Shown piece after piece: positions 18,127 through 30,237 of a stretch of DNA of 64,000 nt. The number at the start of each line of letters is the position of its first letter. Position 1 is the first letter of the stretch. Made by a program: the position numbers and the translations under genes. This DNA is from Blastocatellia bacterium (GTDB taxonomy: Bacteria > Acidobacteriota > Blastocatellia > UBA7656): assembly GCA_963765495.1 (NCBI GenBank), contig CAVXWP010000006.1:1-64000 (forward strand), read 5' to 3'. The notes under the pieces were generated by a model. It had not been told where the DNA came from. It ran no database searches and worked only from the letters and a program-made list of their open reading frames with translations.

Positions 18127-19122
18127 TTATGTCAATTTGCAGGGAAGGTGACGTATGCACATATGCTTCATTGCGCGTACCGCAGAATTGAAGGCTGTAA
18201 TGATCGAACCGCCGGCTTTGCCTACAACAAGATCACCAAGCAGATAAAGCCCTTCGACATTGGTCGCTCCGGCATCATCAAAGATCGGACCCTGATCATT
18301 AAAGGCTATGCCCAGCATCTTAAGGAAATTCGTCGGCGTACTGCCGCCCAGCGCATAAATGACACGGTCGAATATACGGGATTCATAGTGCTCTTCGATA
18401 AATATTACTTCCGGGCGACCATCTTTATCCTCTAGCTGCTTGATGTTGGAATTTCGCAGTATCTCAACTTCCTTACGCTCTTCCATCTCAAAGAGAGTGG
18501 CGCGGTTCTGCTCATTTAATCTTGTGAATTCCGATTGCCGGTACGAAAGAGTAACCCGATTGCCCTGTTTGTAGAGGTACTGTACATATTCTGAGGCTGT
18601 ATCGCCGCCCCCCACAACAAGCACATTCTCCTGTTCGATCACTTGCGAGGTCATATCGAAAAGTAATCGTTCTTTTAGAGAAGACGGAAAGCGATATTCC
18701 TTCGGCTTATTCGGACGGCCGAATATGCCTATGGCTACGGCCAGGACTCTGGATTCATATGACCCTTTTGATGATTCAACACGAAACTGCGCGCCAGATG
18801 GTTCGTCGCTCTTGTGTGCAGCGAAAACTTCTTCGCCGAATTGAATATTAATCTCGTAGTCTTCGATGACGCTGTCGAAAAACTCTATGGTCTCCGATTT
18901 TGTCATATCGGTTATGCAGAGCAGCCCTTCACACCGCGGCTCGAACCCTTTGTAATTGGCCGTGGTGAGTTTCTGTTCGGGGTAGAGTTGTCTGATCGCC
19001 CAATTATGAGTTGTACCCTTTTCCAGAATGAGCATCTGCGCCGGGTCAATGCCTGAGGCTCGCGCCTCTGCTGCGAGGGCGATTCCGCCCGGCCCCGCGC
19101 CGATTATGATCAGGTCATACAT
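18127..19122 (-). CDS. FAD/NAD(P)-dependent oxidoreductase (TrxB/YpdA-like, no CxxC)
   Basis: IIGAGPGG, VVGGGDTA, TNVEGLYLLGD. Confidence 0.85.
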   Translation of the reverse strand: MYDLIIIGAGPGGIALAAEARASGIDPAQMLILEKGTTHNWAIRQLYPEQKLTTANYKGFEPRCEGLLCITDMTKSETIEFFDSVIEDYEINIQFGEEVFAAHKSDEPSGAQFRVESSKGSYESRVLAVAIGIFGRPNKPKEYRFPSSLKERLLFDMTSQVIEQENVLVVGGGDTASEYVQYLYKQGNRVTLSYRQSEFTRLNEQNRATLFEMEERKEVEILRNSNIKQLEDKDGRPEVIFIEEHYESRIFDRVIYALGGSTPTNFLKMLGIAFNDQGPIFDDAGATNVEGLYLLGDLVVGKAGGSIITAFNSAVRAMKHMCIRHLPCKLT

Positions 19123-19156
19123 AGTTTGTATTCCCTTATGAAAAAGCTCTGCGTAT

Positions 19157-19197
19157 TTTGCGCCTTTTCGAGAAAAAGATGCTCGAAAAGGCGCAAA
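19157..19197. repeat. 16-bp inverted repeat
   Basis: TTTGCGCCTTTTCGAG/CTCGAAAAGGCGCAAA. Confidence 0.8.
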
Positions 19198-19218
19198 GCT
19201 TTTCCTGATGATTTCACT

Positions 19219-21294
19219 TCACATCTGTCCGCCGGGTTTCAGGTAGTGATCAAACCATCCAAGGACAGTGTCATACCACAGCTCGGAATTCTGCGGCTTC
19301 AAAACCCAGTGGCCTTCATCGGGATAGATCAGCAGTTTCGACTCTACGCCCTGTCGCTGGAGCGCCGTGAATAACTGTAAGCCTTCGCCTATGGGTACGC
19401 GATAATCGATCTCGCCATGCACGACCAGCATCGGCGTGCGGAAGTTTTTGACGAACATATTTGGCGACCACTTCGCGTACATCTCGGGGTTAGTCCAGGG
19501 CGTGCCTTTGAATTCCCATTCCGGGAACCAGAGTTCTTCGGTCGCGCCGTACATGCTTGTCAGGTTGTAGACGCCTGCGTGCGACACCAGCGCCTTGAAC
19601 TTGACGCGCGAATCATCATTGTGACCTTCGATCCAGTCGACCATATAGCCGCCATAGCTTCCGCCCGCTGCTCCCACACGGCTGCCGTCTACGTAAGGAA
19701 GCGCGGCGACCTCGGCGACGCCGTTCATGATATCGGTATAGACTTTGCCTCCCCAGTCGCCCGAAATCTCATCAACGAATTTTTGACCATAGCCGGTCGA
19801 GCCTCGCGGGTTAGGCGTAAAGACGACATAGCCGGCAGCGGCAAATAGCTCCGGGTTCCAGCGATAGCTCCATGCGTCGTTCCACGCGCCCTGCGGACCG
19901 CCGTGTATCAGCACGATAAGGGGCCATTTTTTATCGGGCGTGAAATCGGCCGGTTTTACGAGAAAGCCGTGGACCCTGGCCCCGGACGCGCCGTCCCACG
20001 TCATGTCTTCGGCTGGCTTGAGTTTGAACTGAGCGAGAAAAGCATCGTTTGTTTTTGTAATCTGAGTGACGCCGCTTCCATCCGCGCTCGCGCGATAAAT
20101 TTCAATCGGGCTTGTCATGCTCTGGCGTGTAAAGATCAGTCTCTTTCCATCCCTGCTTATCTGTGCGTCGTCGTTCGAGCCTCCGGTTATGACCTTGCGG
20201 ATTTGCCCGCCCTGTGCTGGGATTTCAAATATTGGAGAGCGCCCGCGCTCGCCTGCGACAAAATAAATCTTTTGACCATCGGGCGAGAAGGTGTAGCTGT
20301 CTACCTGAAGGTCAAAATCGGGAGTTATCGAACGGCTCTTGCCGGACTTGCGATCATAAAGCATCAATTGCCAGCGGTCGGCTTCAAAGCCGGGTTTTGA
20401 CTGGGCGCGGTAAGCGATGAAGCGACCGTCGGGCGAATACCTCGGCGAGAGATCGTTTGCGCGATTATCGCCCGTGATGCGGCGCGCTTCGCCGCCCGTC
20501 ACCGGGACTATGAATATATCGCCGTTGGTCGAGGTCGCCTCGACCTTGTCGGTATTGCGGGCAAAGGCGAGTTCTTTCGAATCGGGAGAAAAATCAAAAT
20601 CGGTCATGCCGCCCAGTCCGAAAGGCGGAGCGTCATAATCGCCCGGCGTAAGGTCGCGCGCTTCGCCGCCCGTTGCCGAGACTACGAATACGTGCGAGCG
20701 TTTGTTATCCTTCCACGAGACCCAGTGACGAAAAAGCAAATGGTCTGTGATCTTTGCCCGCACTTTGCTATCAGAGGCTTCTTTCTCTCGTTTTGCGTTA
20801 CAGTCATCCGACTGACAATCGGGATAGACATCCGATGTGAAGGCGAGCCATCGTCCGTCAGGCGACCAGACGGGGTTATCCGCCCCCGTAGAGATGCTGG
20901 TGATCTTCTTGAGCGGGCCGGTTGCGACCTCGGCAAGCTCCAGGGTCCAGATTTGAGGCACGCCGTCGCGGGCGGAAACGAAGGCGAGCCGTTTGCCGTC
21001 AGGCGACCATCGCGGCGAGCCCGATGACTGATCGGCGTCGGTCAGTTGGCGGGACTCTCCGCCCTCGGTCGAGATCAGATAAATTTGCGTCTTGCGTTTG
21101 TTAGCCGCTTTATCCGTATCGGTGATGGTGTAGGCGATCCAGTTTCCGTCGGGTGACAACTGCGGGTCGGAGACTCGCCTGATTTTTAACAGATCGTCAA
21201 CGGTGATCGGTTTTGCCGACTGTCGAGCCTCTGCTGTTATGACAGCGCACACAGCCAGCGCGACAATAGCCGCAATGGAAATAATTCGTTTCAT
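19219..21294 (-). CDS. S9 family peptidase with PD40 propeller
   Basis: IHGGP, GGSYGG, HGEIDYRV, DEGH; signal peptide; RBS GAGGAGG. Confidence 0.93.
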   Translation of the reverse strand: MKRIISIAAIVALAVCAVITAEARQSAKPITVDDLLKIRRVSDPQLSPDGNWIAYTITDTDKAANKRKTQIYLISTEGGESRQLTDADQSSGSPRWSPDGKRLAFVSARDGVPQIWTLELAEVATGPLKKITSISTGADNPVWSPDGRWLAFTSDVYPDCQSDDCNAKREKEASDSKVRAKITDHLLFRHWVSWKDNKRSHVFVVSATGGEARDLTPGDYDAPPFGLGGMTDFDFSPDSKELAFARNTDKVEATSTNGDIFIVPVTGGEARRITGDNRANDLSPRYSPDGRFIAYRAQSKPGFEADRWQLMLYDRKSGKSRSITPDFDLQVDSYTFSPDGQKIYFVAGERGRSPIFEIPAQGGQIRKVITGGSNDDAQISRDGKRLIFTRQSMTSPIEIYRASADGSGVTQITKTNDAFLAQFKLKPAEDMTWDGASGARVHGFLVKPADFTPDKKWPLIVLIHGGPQGAWNDAWSYRWNPELFAAAGYVVFTPNPRGSTGYGQKFVDEISGDWGGKVYTDIMNGVAEVAALPYVDGSRVGAAGGSYGGYMVDWIEGHNDDSRVKFKALVSHAGVYNLTSMYGATEELWFPEWEFKGTPWTNPEMYAKWSPNMFVKNFRTPMLVVHGEIDYRVPIGEGLQLFTALQRQGVESKLLIYPDEGHWVLKPQNSELWYDTVLGWFDHYLKPGGQM

Positions 21295-21609
21295 AAAATC
21301 CTCCTCGAAGTCGCGCTCGTCGTCGCTGAAGAATCTCAGATTGCGCGTAAGCAAGCGCTACTTTTCACGTAGTGATAAGGTAAGAGCCGTTAAAAATGAA
21401 GGCTATCAGGCAGTCTCGGCGAAGTCAACGCAGCCCGCTTGAAGCTGTTAAACCCTCAGAAGAGATTAAATCATGCCGCAGGAGATCAGCACATTTGAGA
21501 TTGATTTATAGGCGTGTTGAAACAGGCCGCGTCCGTCCCGGCCTATTGCTCCTTTCGCTATTTTGGAAATGCTTGTAAATTCGCCCGGGTCAGACTCAGT
21601 AAAGTCAGG

Positions 21610-22698
21610 TCATATTCTGAGTCTTGTTGTGATGTCTGAGAACTCGTATTGATGAATCGTGCCGCGAGATGTGCCCCGCCTGTGTTTTATCTGAAATGAA
21701 ACGATGGTGCTGCCGTCAATCCTGATGCCAAACTCCGAAGCGATTCTATGATTCTCTCTCGGGTGCGAGGGCAGGAAACCAACTTGCCCGGCGGTTAAGT
21801 TATCGATGTTTACGCCGTCGAGCAGCGACTCCCATTTCACCCGTCCCGTCGAGCGGTCGAAGATAATCACGCGACTGCGGTCATTGCCGCGCTTGAAATA
21901 TAAGAGCTGATGGAGAAGATACTTTAGAGCATCGAGGTCGGTGATGCGAGCCTTGCTGAAATCCGTGGGTCGGCAATCTTTGAGGCCAAGCCTGCGGATC
22001 AGAATATGAGCGACCAGTTCGGCTACATTCAGATACTCGGATTTTATTTCGGTCATCGAAGAAAAGCCAAGCTCACGGATCATTTGATCCATCTCTTGTG
22101 GTGAAACCCTGAAATATCTTTCGGCCCATTTCGCTTCGATGTCGGGCGTCTGACCTTCCGCTACGGCCACCTTGCCGGATTTATCCGTCTTAACGGATAC
22201 GGGCAGCGGTTCGCGCCCGTGAAATTCCATAACCAGATCGCCCGCTTTTGCATCGGCAAACTCTCTCGGCACGTGGCGTACCCGCGCGAGGCTGGCCGGA
22301 CGAGTTTGATTGATGAGCGCGGCGGCTCCAAGTCGTGCGGCCTGTTCGATGTTCGCGATTTCCTGTTTGAAGCGGGCTCGACTTTCGTGCGAAGCCGGGA
22401 GTTTATCTATCGCACCAAGCATCTTTGCCCTGCTCGAAGCCGGATCGAAGAGGGGCTGCGATAGCTCTGCGAGCCTTATTAGCTCGTTTGCAAGCATGAG
22501 TTCGGCGTAGGTTCCAAGCCCATCGTGGAATATGCCTTCGATGATCTCAAAATCGACTTTTGATAAGACCGGAGCCTGTGCCGCGAAGGCAATCGCGCGT
22601 GGATGGATACTCGCGGCGGAGGTCGCAAGCGCGAGAGAGGCTGTGACGAGCACGGCCACGACGCTCGCTCGAAAGCGATTAAGGAATATTCGCGCCAT
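21610..22698 (-). CDS. exported hypothetical protein with a restriction-endonuclease-like motif
   Basis: Sec-like leader; GTYAE...GDLVM...PVSVK. Confidence 0.55.
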   Translation of the reverse strand: MARIFLNRFRASVVAVLVTASLALATSAASIHPRAIAFAAQAPVLSKVDFEIIEGIFHDGLGTYAELMLANELIRLAELSQPLFDPASSRAKMLGAIDKLPASHESRARFKQEIANIEQAARLGAAALINQTRPASLARVRHVPREFADAKAGDLVMEFHGREPLPVSVKTDKSGKVAVAEGQTPDIEAKWAERYFRVSPQEMDQMIRELGFSSMTEIKSEYLNVAELVAHILIRRLGLKDCRPTDFSKARITDLDALKYLLHQLLYFKRGNDRSRVIIFDRSTGRVKWESLLDGVNIDNLTAGQVGFLPSHPRENHRIASEFGIRIDGSTIVSFQIKHRRGTSRGTIHQYEFSDITTRLRI

Positions 22699-22789
22699 GT
22701 TTTTTCGGTTCAGGGACAATGCACAAAAAGGCCGGAGGCTTCGCGCTGGGTCGCGAAATCTCCGGCCCGGATTATATCACTGAACTCGG

Positions 22790-24757
22790 TTATTTGCCCG
22801 AGTCGGTTGTTCCCTTCAAGTACTGATCGAGGAAGGTGAGAATGGCTTTGTAGGCGCGAATTTCATTGGCCTTCTTTGTAAAGCCGTGTCCCTCGCCCGG
22901 CAGGATGACGTATTCGGCTATGCCGTTATTTTTCTTGACCGCTTCGACGATCTCATCCGACTCGGGTTTGATTACACGCGGATCGTTTTCGCCCTGCAAG
23001 ACCAGAAGCGGCTTGCGAATCTTGTCGGCATGAAAGAGCGGCGAAATCTCTTTCAGCATCTCTTTATCGGTTGTGGGGTCGCCTATCTCTTTGTAAAGAG
23101 CTTTACGAAACGACTCCCAGTAGGGAGGGATTGATTCAAGGGTTCTCAACCAGTTTGAGACGCCGAACAGGTCTACGCCAACGGCGAACTCTTCCGGCTT
23201 GAAGGCGAGCGCCGCAAGCACCATGTAGCCGCCATAACTGCCGCCGATTATCCCTATTTTCGATTCGTCAACATAGCCGAGCGATTTCAGATACTTCTTT
23301 GCCTCTACACAATCCCAGAGCGGTTCGTGTCCGTGTTTCTGATCGTCTGCGGCAAAGAAGGTCTTGCCGTAACCGGAGCTTCCGCGATTGTTGACCCCGA
23401 GCACCACGTAACCGTGATTGACAAGATATTGAATTACCCCGCTATAGCCTGTGCGGGTCTGGCCTCCGGGTCCGCCGTGCACCCACACAAGCGCGGGCAC
23501 TTTATTTGCGGTGCTCGCCTGATGCGGTTTGTAAAGAATGGAGGGGATTTCAAGCCCGTCAAACGACTTGTACCGGATGACCTCGGCTTCGACAAGGTTT
23601 GCGGGGTCAATCGCCGGGTTAAGGCTGTCGGTCAGCTTGCGCTCCTTCTTTGTGGCGAAATCATATACATACAGGTCGCTCGGGGAACGGCTCCCGCTCA
23701 GATAAAAGGCCATCAACCGCTCGCTGTCGGAGATGTTCACCGCGTTGATTTCGCCATCGGGAAGCTTTGGCAAAGCGACGGGCTTGCCCGTCTTTTGATC
23801 GTAAATCCTGATCCTCGTGCGAGCGTCTTCGTTTATCCCCACGACGCGGTATTTTCCATTGCGCGAGAAATAGGTATAGGCGATGTCCCAGTTTGCCTTT
23901 TCGACCGTCTCGCTCTTGCCCGTGGCCAGATTGTATCGCGCGATATAGGAAAACTCGCTGCCGTCATCGGTGAGATAAAGGAGATAGTGCGAGGTGGGGT
24001 CAAAGGTCGCCGGGTTGTTCGAGACATCGCCTTTATGCGCGGTGATGTTCTTCATCTCTGAGGTCGCTACGTTGTAAAGGTATATGTCCGAATCTATCGT
24101 CGTATTGGGCTTTGAGAAAGCAATGTATTTTTCGTCATCCGATATTGCGCCGACCTGATAGCCCGAGGTGTCTTTGTAGATCAACTTGCGCTCGAAATTC
24201 TTGATCTCCATTTTGTAGATGTCGAAGTAACGGGCATCGCGCTCGTTGGTCAAAAAAAAGAACGCGGTGTTGTCGTGGCTCCAGCCCAGAAATTGCGCCT
24301 TGAGCTTTTCGCCGGGCGTCAGGTCGCGTTCTTTACCGTCGGCATCCAATAAGTAAAGGTGGTTGTTTTCATTGCCGCCCTGATCGCGCGTATAGAGTAT
24401 GCGCGAGTCGTTTGGAAAGTAAGAGACGGCAAAGGTCGTATCGGTAGTGGAACTGGTCAACTGTTTTGGCTCTCCGCCCGAGACCGCGACGGTATAGGCA
24501 TTAAAGATGCCCGTCTTGTTGCTGGAAAAGAGGATGGATTTTTCGTCGGGGGAAAACGAACTGCCGGTGATCTTGGTCGTGTCCAGGAATTGTTCTATCG
24601 TATATTGCTTGACCTGCCGGTCAGCCTCTTTTTTCTGGGTCGCCCGTTTTTGATTCTGAGCCGTGGCTATGGTCCCGGTCGCAAGTACAAAGGCCAGCAA
24701 GGCCAATAGGCTCAGTTTAATTTTGAATAGCTTCATAGAAAATTCGCTTGAATTCAT
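22790..24757 (-). CDS. S9 family peptidase
   Basis: VHGGPGG, GGSYGG, QGENDPRV, GEGHGF. Confidence 0.93.
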   Translation of the reverse strand: MNSSEFSMKLFKIKLSLLALLAFVLATGTIATAQNQKRATQKKEADRQVKQYTIEQFLDTTKITGSSFSPDEKSILFSSNKTGIFNAYTVAVSGGEPKQLTSSTTDTTFAVSYFPNDSRILYTRDQGGNENNHLYLLDADGKERDLTPGEKLKAQFLGWSHDNTAFFFLTNERDARYFDIYKMEIKNFERKLIYKDTSGYQVGAISDDEKYIAFSKPNTTIDSDIYLYNVATSEMKNITAHKGDVSNNPATFDPTSHYLLYLTDDGSEFSYIARYNLATGKSETVEKANWDIAYTYFSRNGKYRVVGINEDARTRIRIYDQKTGKPVALPKLPDGEINAVNISDSERLMAFYLSGSRSPSDLYVYDFATKKERKLTDSLNPAIDPANLVEAEVIRYKSFDGLEIPSILYKPHQASTANKVPALVWVHGGPGGQTRTGYSGVIQYLVNHGYVVLGVNNRGSSGYGKTFFAADDQKHGHEPLWDCVEAKKYLKSLGYVDESKIGIIGGSYGGYMVLAALAFKPEEFAVGVDLFGVSNWLRTLESIPPYWESFRKALYKEIGDPTTDKEMLKEISPLFHADKIRKPLLVLQGENDPRVIKPESDEIVEAVKKNNGIAEYVILPGEGHGFTKKANEIRAYKAILTFLDQYLKGTTDSGK

Positions 24758-25089
24758 TTGATCCTCCTGTAAGGCGCTCAAAATGTTGCGGAAGTGCAAA
24801 AGCCGCTTTGAGCTTCTATCGGAATTGTCCGAGTCTGTTTGCTGCGAATCTACTTGTACGGCGCGCAAGGCAGGCAGGTTCCCCTTTGCGATGTGAGATT
24901 TTGAGATGTCATATGAGCGGGTGGGAATGAAAGTACCTTCAAGCGTATGGGGGCGGATTTTGACGGGTTCAAATCGACAGGCGATGCCTGTTCACGGGCC
25001 TGCCGGAAGGGCCTCTCAATATGCTATAATAAAGGGGACGAGCGGATGAGAATGACGCCCACGTTTACAATAAGGATTGACACTCAAAG

Positions 25090-26313
25090 ATGATACTGAC
25101 CCGAATGGAAGTCTCAGGTTTTCGAAATCTTGAAGGCTTCTGTGAATTCGGCCCCGGCCTCAACATCTTCTACGGCGACAACGCTCAGGGAAAGACCAAC
25201 TGGCTCGAATCAATCTATGTTATCGGGACTACGAAATCGTTTCGCACAAATCAGGTGCGCGATTGCATAAACTTCGATACCTCTCAGTGCATACTGCGGG
25301 CAGAGACACGGCGCGGCAATCTCGGCAAAGAGTTGCAATTGCTGCTCACCTCGTCAACCAAAGAGCTTTACATAAACGGCAAACGCGAGGCCGTCATCAG
25401 GTATCTCGGTCACCTGGATGTCTTCGCCTTCTCGCTCGAAGAGATGGACGTGATCAGGGGCGACCCTTCACAGCGCCGCCGTTTTATCGATAAAGGCGTG
25501 GTCACGATGACCCCGGCTTTTCTGAGCACGCTCTCTCAGTACAATCAGGTCATCAAGCAGAAAAACCGATTGCTTGCCTCGGCAAGCGAAAGCCCTGCGC
25601 CCGAACGATTCCATGGTCAGATAGAGGCATGGAACGAGCAGTTGATTGATCTTGGCGCGGCTATTCACAGGGCGAGAAGCGAATATGTAGCCCGGTTGAA
25701 TCGAGTGCTCGATGAAAACGATCACGGGCGAGCGATCTTTGGCGCCGAGCGGGTAAATGTGCGATATAAATCTCAACTGGAAGGCAAGGGCGATCTGGAT
25801 AATTACGAAGCGGTTTTCCGCGAGCGGCTGGCCGTCAGAATGGCTGCCGAGATAGCCACGGGGCACGCGCTTCTCGGGCCTCACAGGGACGATTTGGAGG
25901 TGCTTGCCGACAACCGCGAAGTTGCCCGTTACGGCAGCGCCGGACAACAGCGAAGTGCCTTATTACTCCTTGATTTAGCGCAAGTTTCGGCCTATAATTC
26001 TATTTACGAAGAAAGCCCCGTTTTGCTTATAGATGATATTGATGCAGAGCTTGACAGAGGACGCATTGAAGCGCTGCTTTCGGAGCTTGAAAACCGCGCT
26101 CAAACTTTCATCAGCACGTCTCGCCGCTCGATAGCGAGCCGCTATCAGGAACGCGCTTCGGTTTACTGCGTAGAACGGGGTCGCGCCCAGGCTAATGCTG
26201 ATTCGAAGGAGGGTCGGGGGAGCGGATTGAGTGATCTGGAACGGGCCGTGCGCGAGATGACGATTGATGATGAAAACGAGCGTGAGGCTCACTTTTTGAG
26301 GATCACTTTTTGA
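25090..26313 (+). CDS. recF: DNA replication/repair protein RecF
   Basis: FRNL, GDNAQGKTN, GPHRDDL, SAGQQR, LLIDD; upstream of gyrB. Confidence 0.95.
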   Translation: MILTRMEVSGFRNLEGFCEFGPGLNIFYGDNAQGKTNWLESIYVIGTTKSFRTNQVRDCINFDTSQCILRAETRRGNLGKELQLLLTSSTKELYINGKREAVIRYLGHLDVFAFSLEEMDVIRGDPSQRRRFIDKGVVTMTPAFLSTLSQYNQVIKQKNRLLASASESPAPERFHGQIEAWNEQLIDLGAAIHRARSEYVARLNRVLDENDHGRAIFGAERVNVRYKSQLEGKGDLDNYEAVFRERLAVRMAAEIATGHALLGPHRDDLEVLADNREVARYGSAGQQRSALLLLDLAQVSAYNSIYEESPVLLIDDIDAELDRGRIEALLSELENRAQTFISTSRRSIASRYQERASVYCVERGRAQANADSKEGRGSGLSDLERAVREMTIDDENEREAHFLRITF

Positions 26314-26358
26314 GGATCACTTTTTGAGGATCACTTTTTGAGGATCACTTTTTGAGGA
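26289..26358 (+). repeat. 14-bp tandem repeat x5 (VNTR)
   Basis: five exact copies of TCACTTTTTGAGGA containing the recF stop. Confidence 0.95.
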
Positions 26359-26420
26359 CTTGAGAGTATTGCTTTTGAGGCACTGCGTATAAAGCTTCAA
26401 GGTTTGGCGGAGCAGGATAA

Positions 26421-28880
<2,460 letters not shown>

Positions 28881-28906
28881 AGATAGATTGACAGATAAAA
28901 TTTAAT

Positions 28907-28941
28907 AGAGGTCGAGGGAAACTCCTTCGGCCTCTTTTTTT
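28907..28941 (+). terminator. intrinsic terminator after gyrB
   Basis: AGAGGTCGAGG/CCTTCGGCCTCT stem plus T tract. Confidence 0.85.
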
Positions 28942-29516
28942 GCGCGAGTTCCTGTGTTTTGTCTAAGAAAATCCTGCCGATGCTGTAATGTTTTTAACAT
29001 TCACTCACAAGTATACGGAGTATGAAGAAACAGAAAAATTCGTTTCCTGATTGCCCGCGAAAATGAATAATGAGGGGTGTTTTCGATTGTGAAATCACGG
29101 CATTATGAAAAGAAAGAAAACAATCCGAAGATGGTAGAAGAATTACTTGAGTAGGGCGAGAAAGTGCCGTATAGTCTATGCGCCATTCGCACAACAAACT
29201 CAATTAACATTCACGGAACAAGGGGATTTTCAAAAGCGCGAAGGAAGCCACTGGTTGTAAGGTTGAAGCATTTAACCGACATTTCCGGGGCAGACGTAAT
29301 TCTTAAATAAGAGTAGCGGATTTTGTGCAAGTGCTTTTGGCTGGAAGCTGGAAGCAGAAAATGATGTGAACGAGTAATTTCGGATGCTGTTTTTTCTGCT
29401 CTCATTCGATTCGGTCTAATCTGCTTAAGTGTTCGGCGGATAGACGCTTTAAACTTTCTGCATCATCTTGATGACCCAAAGGTCATTAAAAGGCATACAA
29501 ATTTAGGAGGCTGATA

Positions 29517-29924
29517 ATGGCTTATCCATTTGACGGAGAATATGCTTCGTATAGGACAATAACTCCCGGAGAAGGACGGACCCGAGAAAGAATGGAGATC
29601 TGCGATAAAGGTGTTGCGAACACCGTAACTGTTTATTTTCCCGATACATCGGAGGAGGGACACATCGGATTTACCTCTTATAGATCTGCTTCCGAGATAA
29701 CTTATCTTATAACATTTAACAGACCTATCGGGAATGGCGATAACGGAACTTACTTTGGCAGGTTGTTCCATTACCCTAACCCTGATGACCCTAGGCTTGA
29801 TCGCGCAATAATATATGGACGCTATATGGAACCCGATGCTCATGCGGCCGAAATAAGATCCGCGGATGATGATTGGACGGCGATCAGACCGCCAGCGATA
29901 CCACCAGAAGAAAAAGAAGAGTAA
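29517..29924 (+). CDS. small hypothetical protein upstream of the CHAT operon
   Basis: RBS AGGAGG; acidic and Pro-rich C terminus. Confidence 0.7.
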   Translation: MAYPFDGEYASYRTITPGEGRTRERMEICDKGVANTVTVYFPDTSEEGHIGFTSYRSASEITYLITFNRPIGNGDNGTYFGRLFHYPNPDDPRLDRAIIYGRYMEPDAHAAEIRSADDDWTAIRPPAIPPEEKEE

Positions 29925-30237
29925 TAGGGGTGCGAGCTTCCCAAACGGAGCGGATTTGCGCAGCGGCCACGGGGCTCACTTCATTATCCGGCTTCTAAGT
30001 TCGCCTAACGAAAATATGCATTTATATGGGCAGTCACGTTGCTAATGAGAGTCAGCAATGTGGCCGCCCATTAGCTGCTATTCTCTTTTTATCGGCATGG
30101 ATCTGTTTGCGCGAAATAAAATCATGCTGTAAAACGGACTACAATCGCTCATTCCTTATAAGCGGGCCAAAAGAGTGATCAAGAGTGATCTCGGGCAAAT
30201 ATCTTGCCGACCGATAATTTGGATGGTGGGAGACGTT

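Noticed and set aside
26289-26358. Possible CRISPR array or DnaA-box cluster (oriC)
   Set aside because: Head-to-tail units without spacers; no match to TTATCCACA, and no dnaA nearby.
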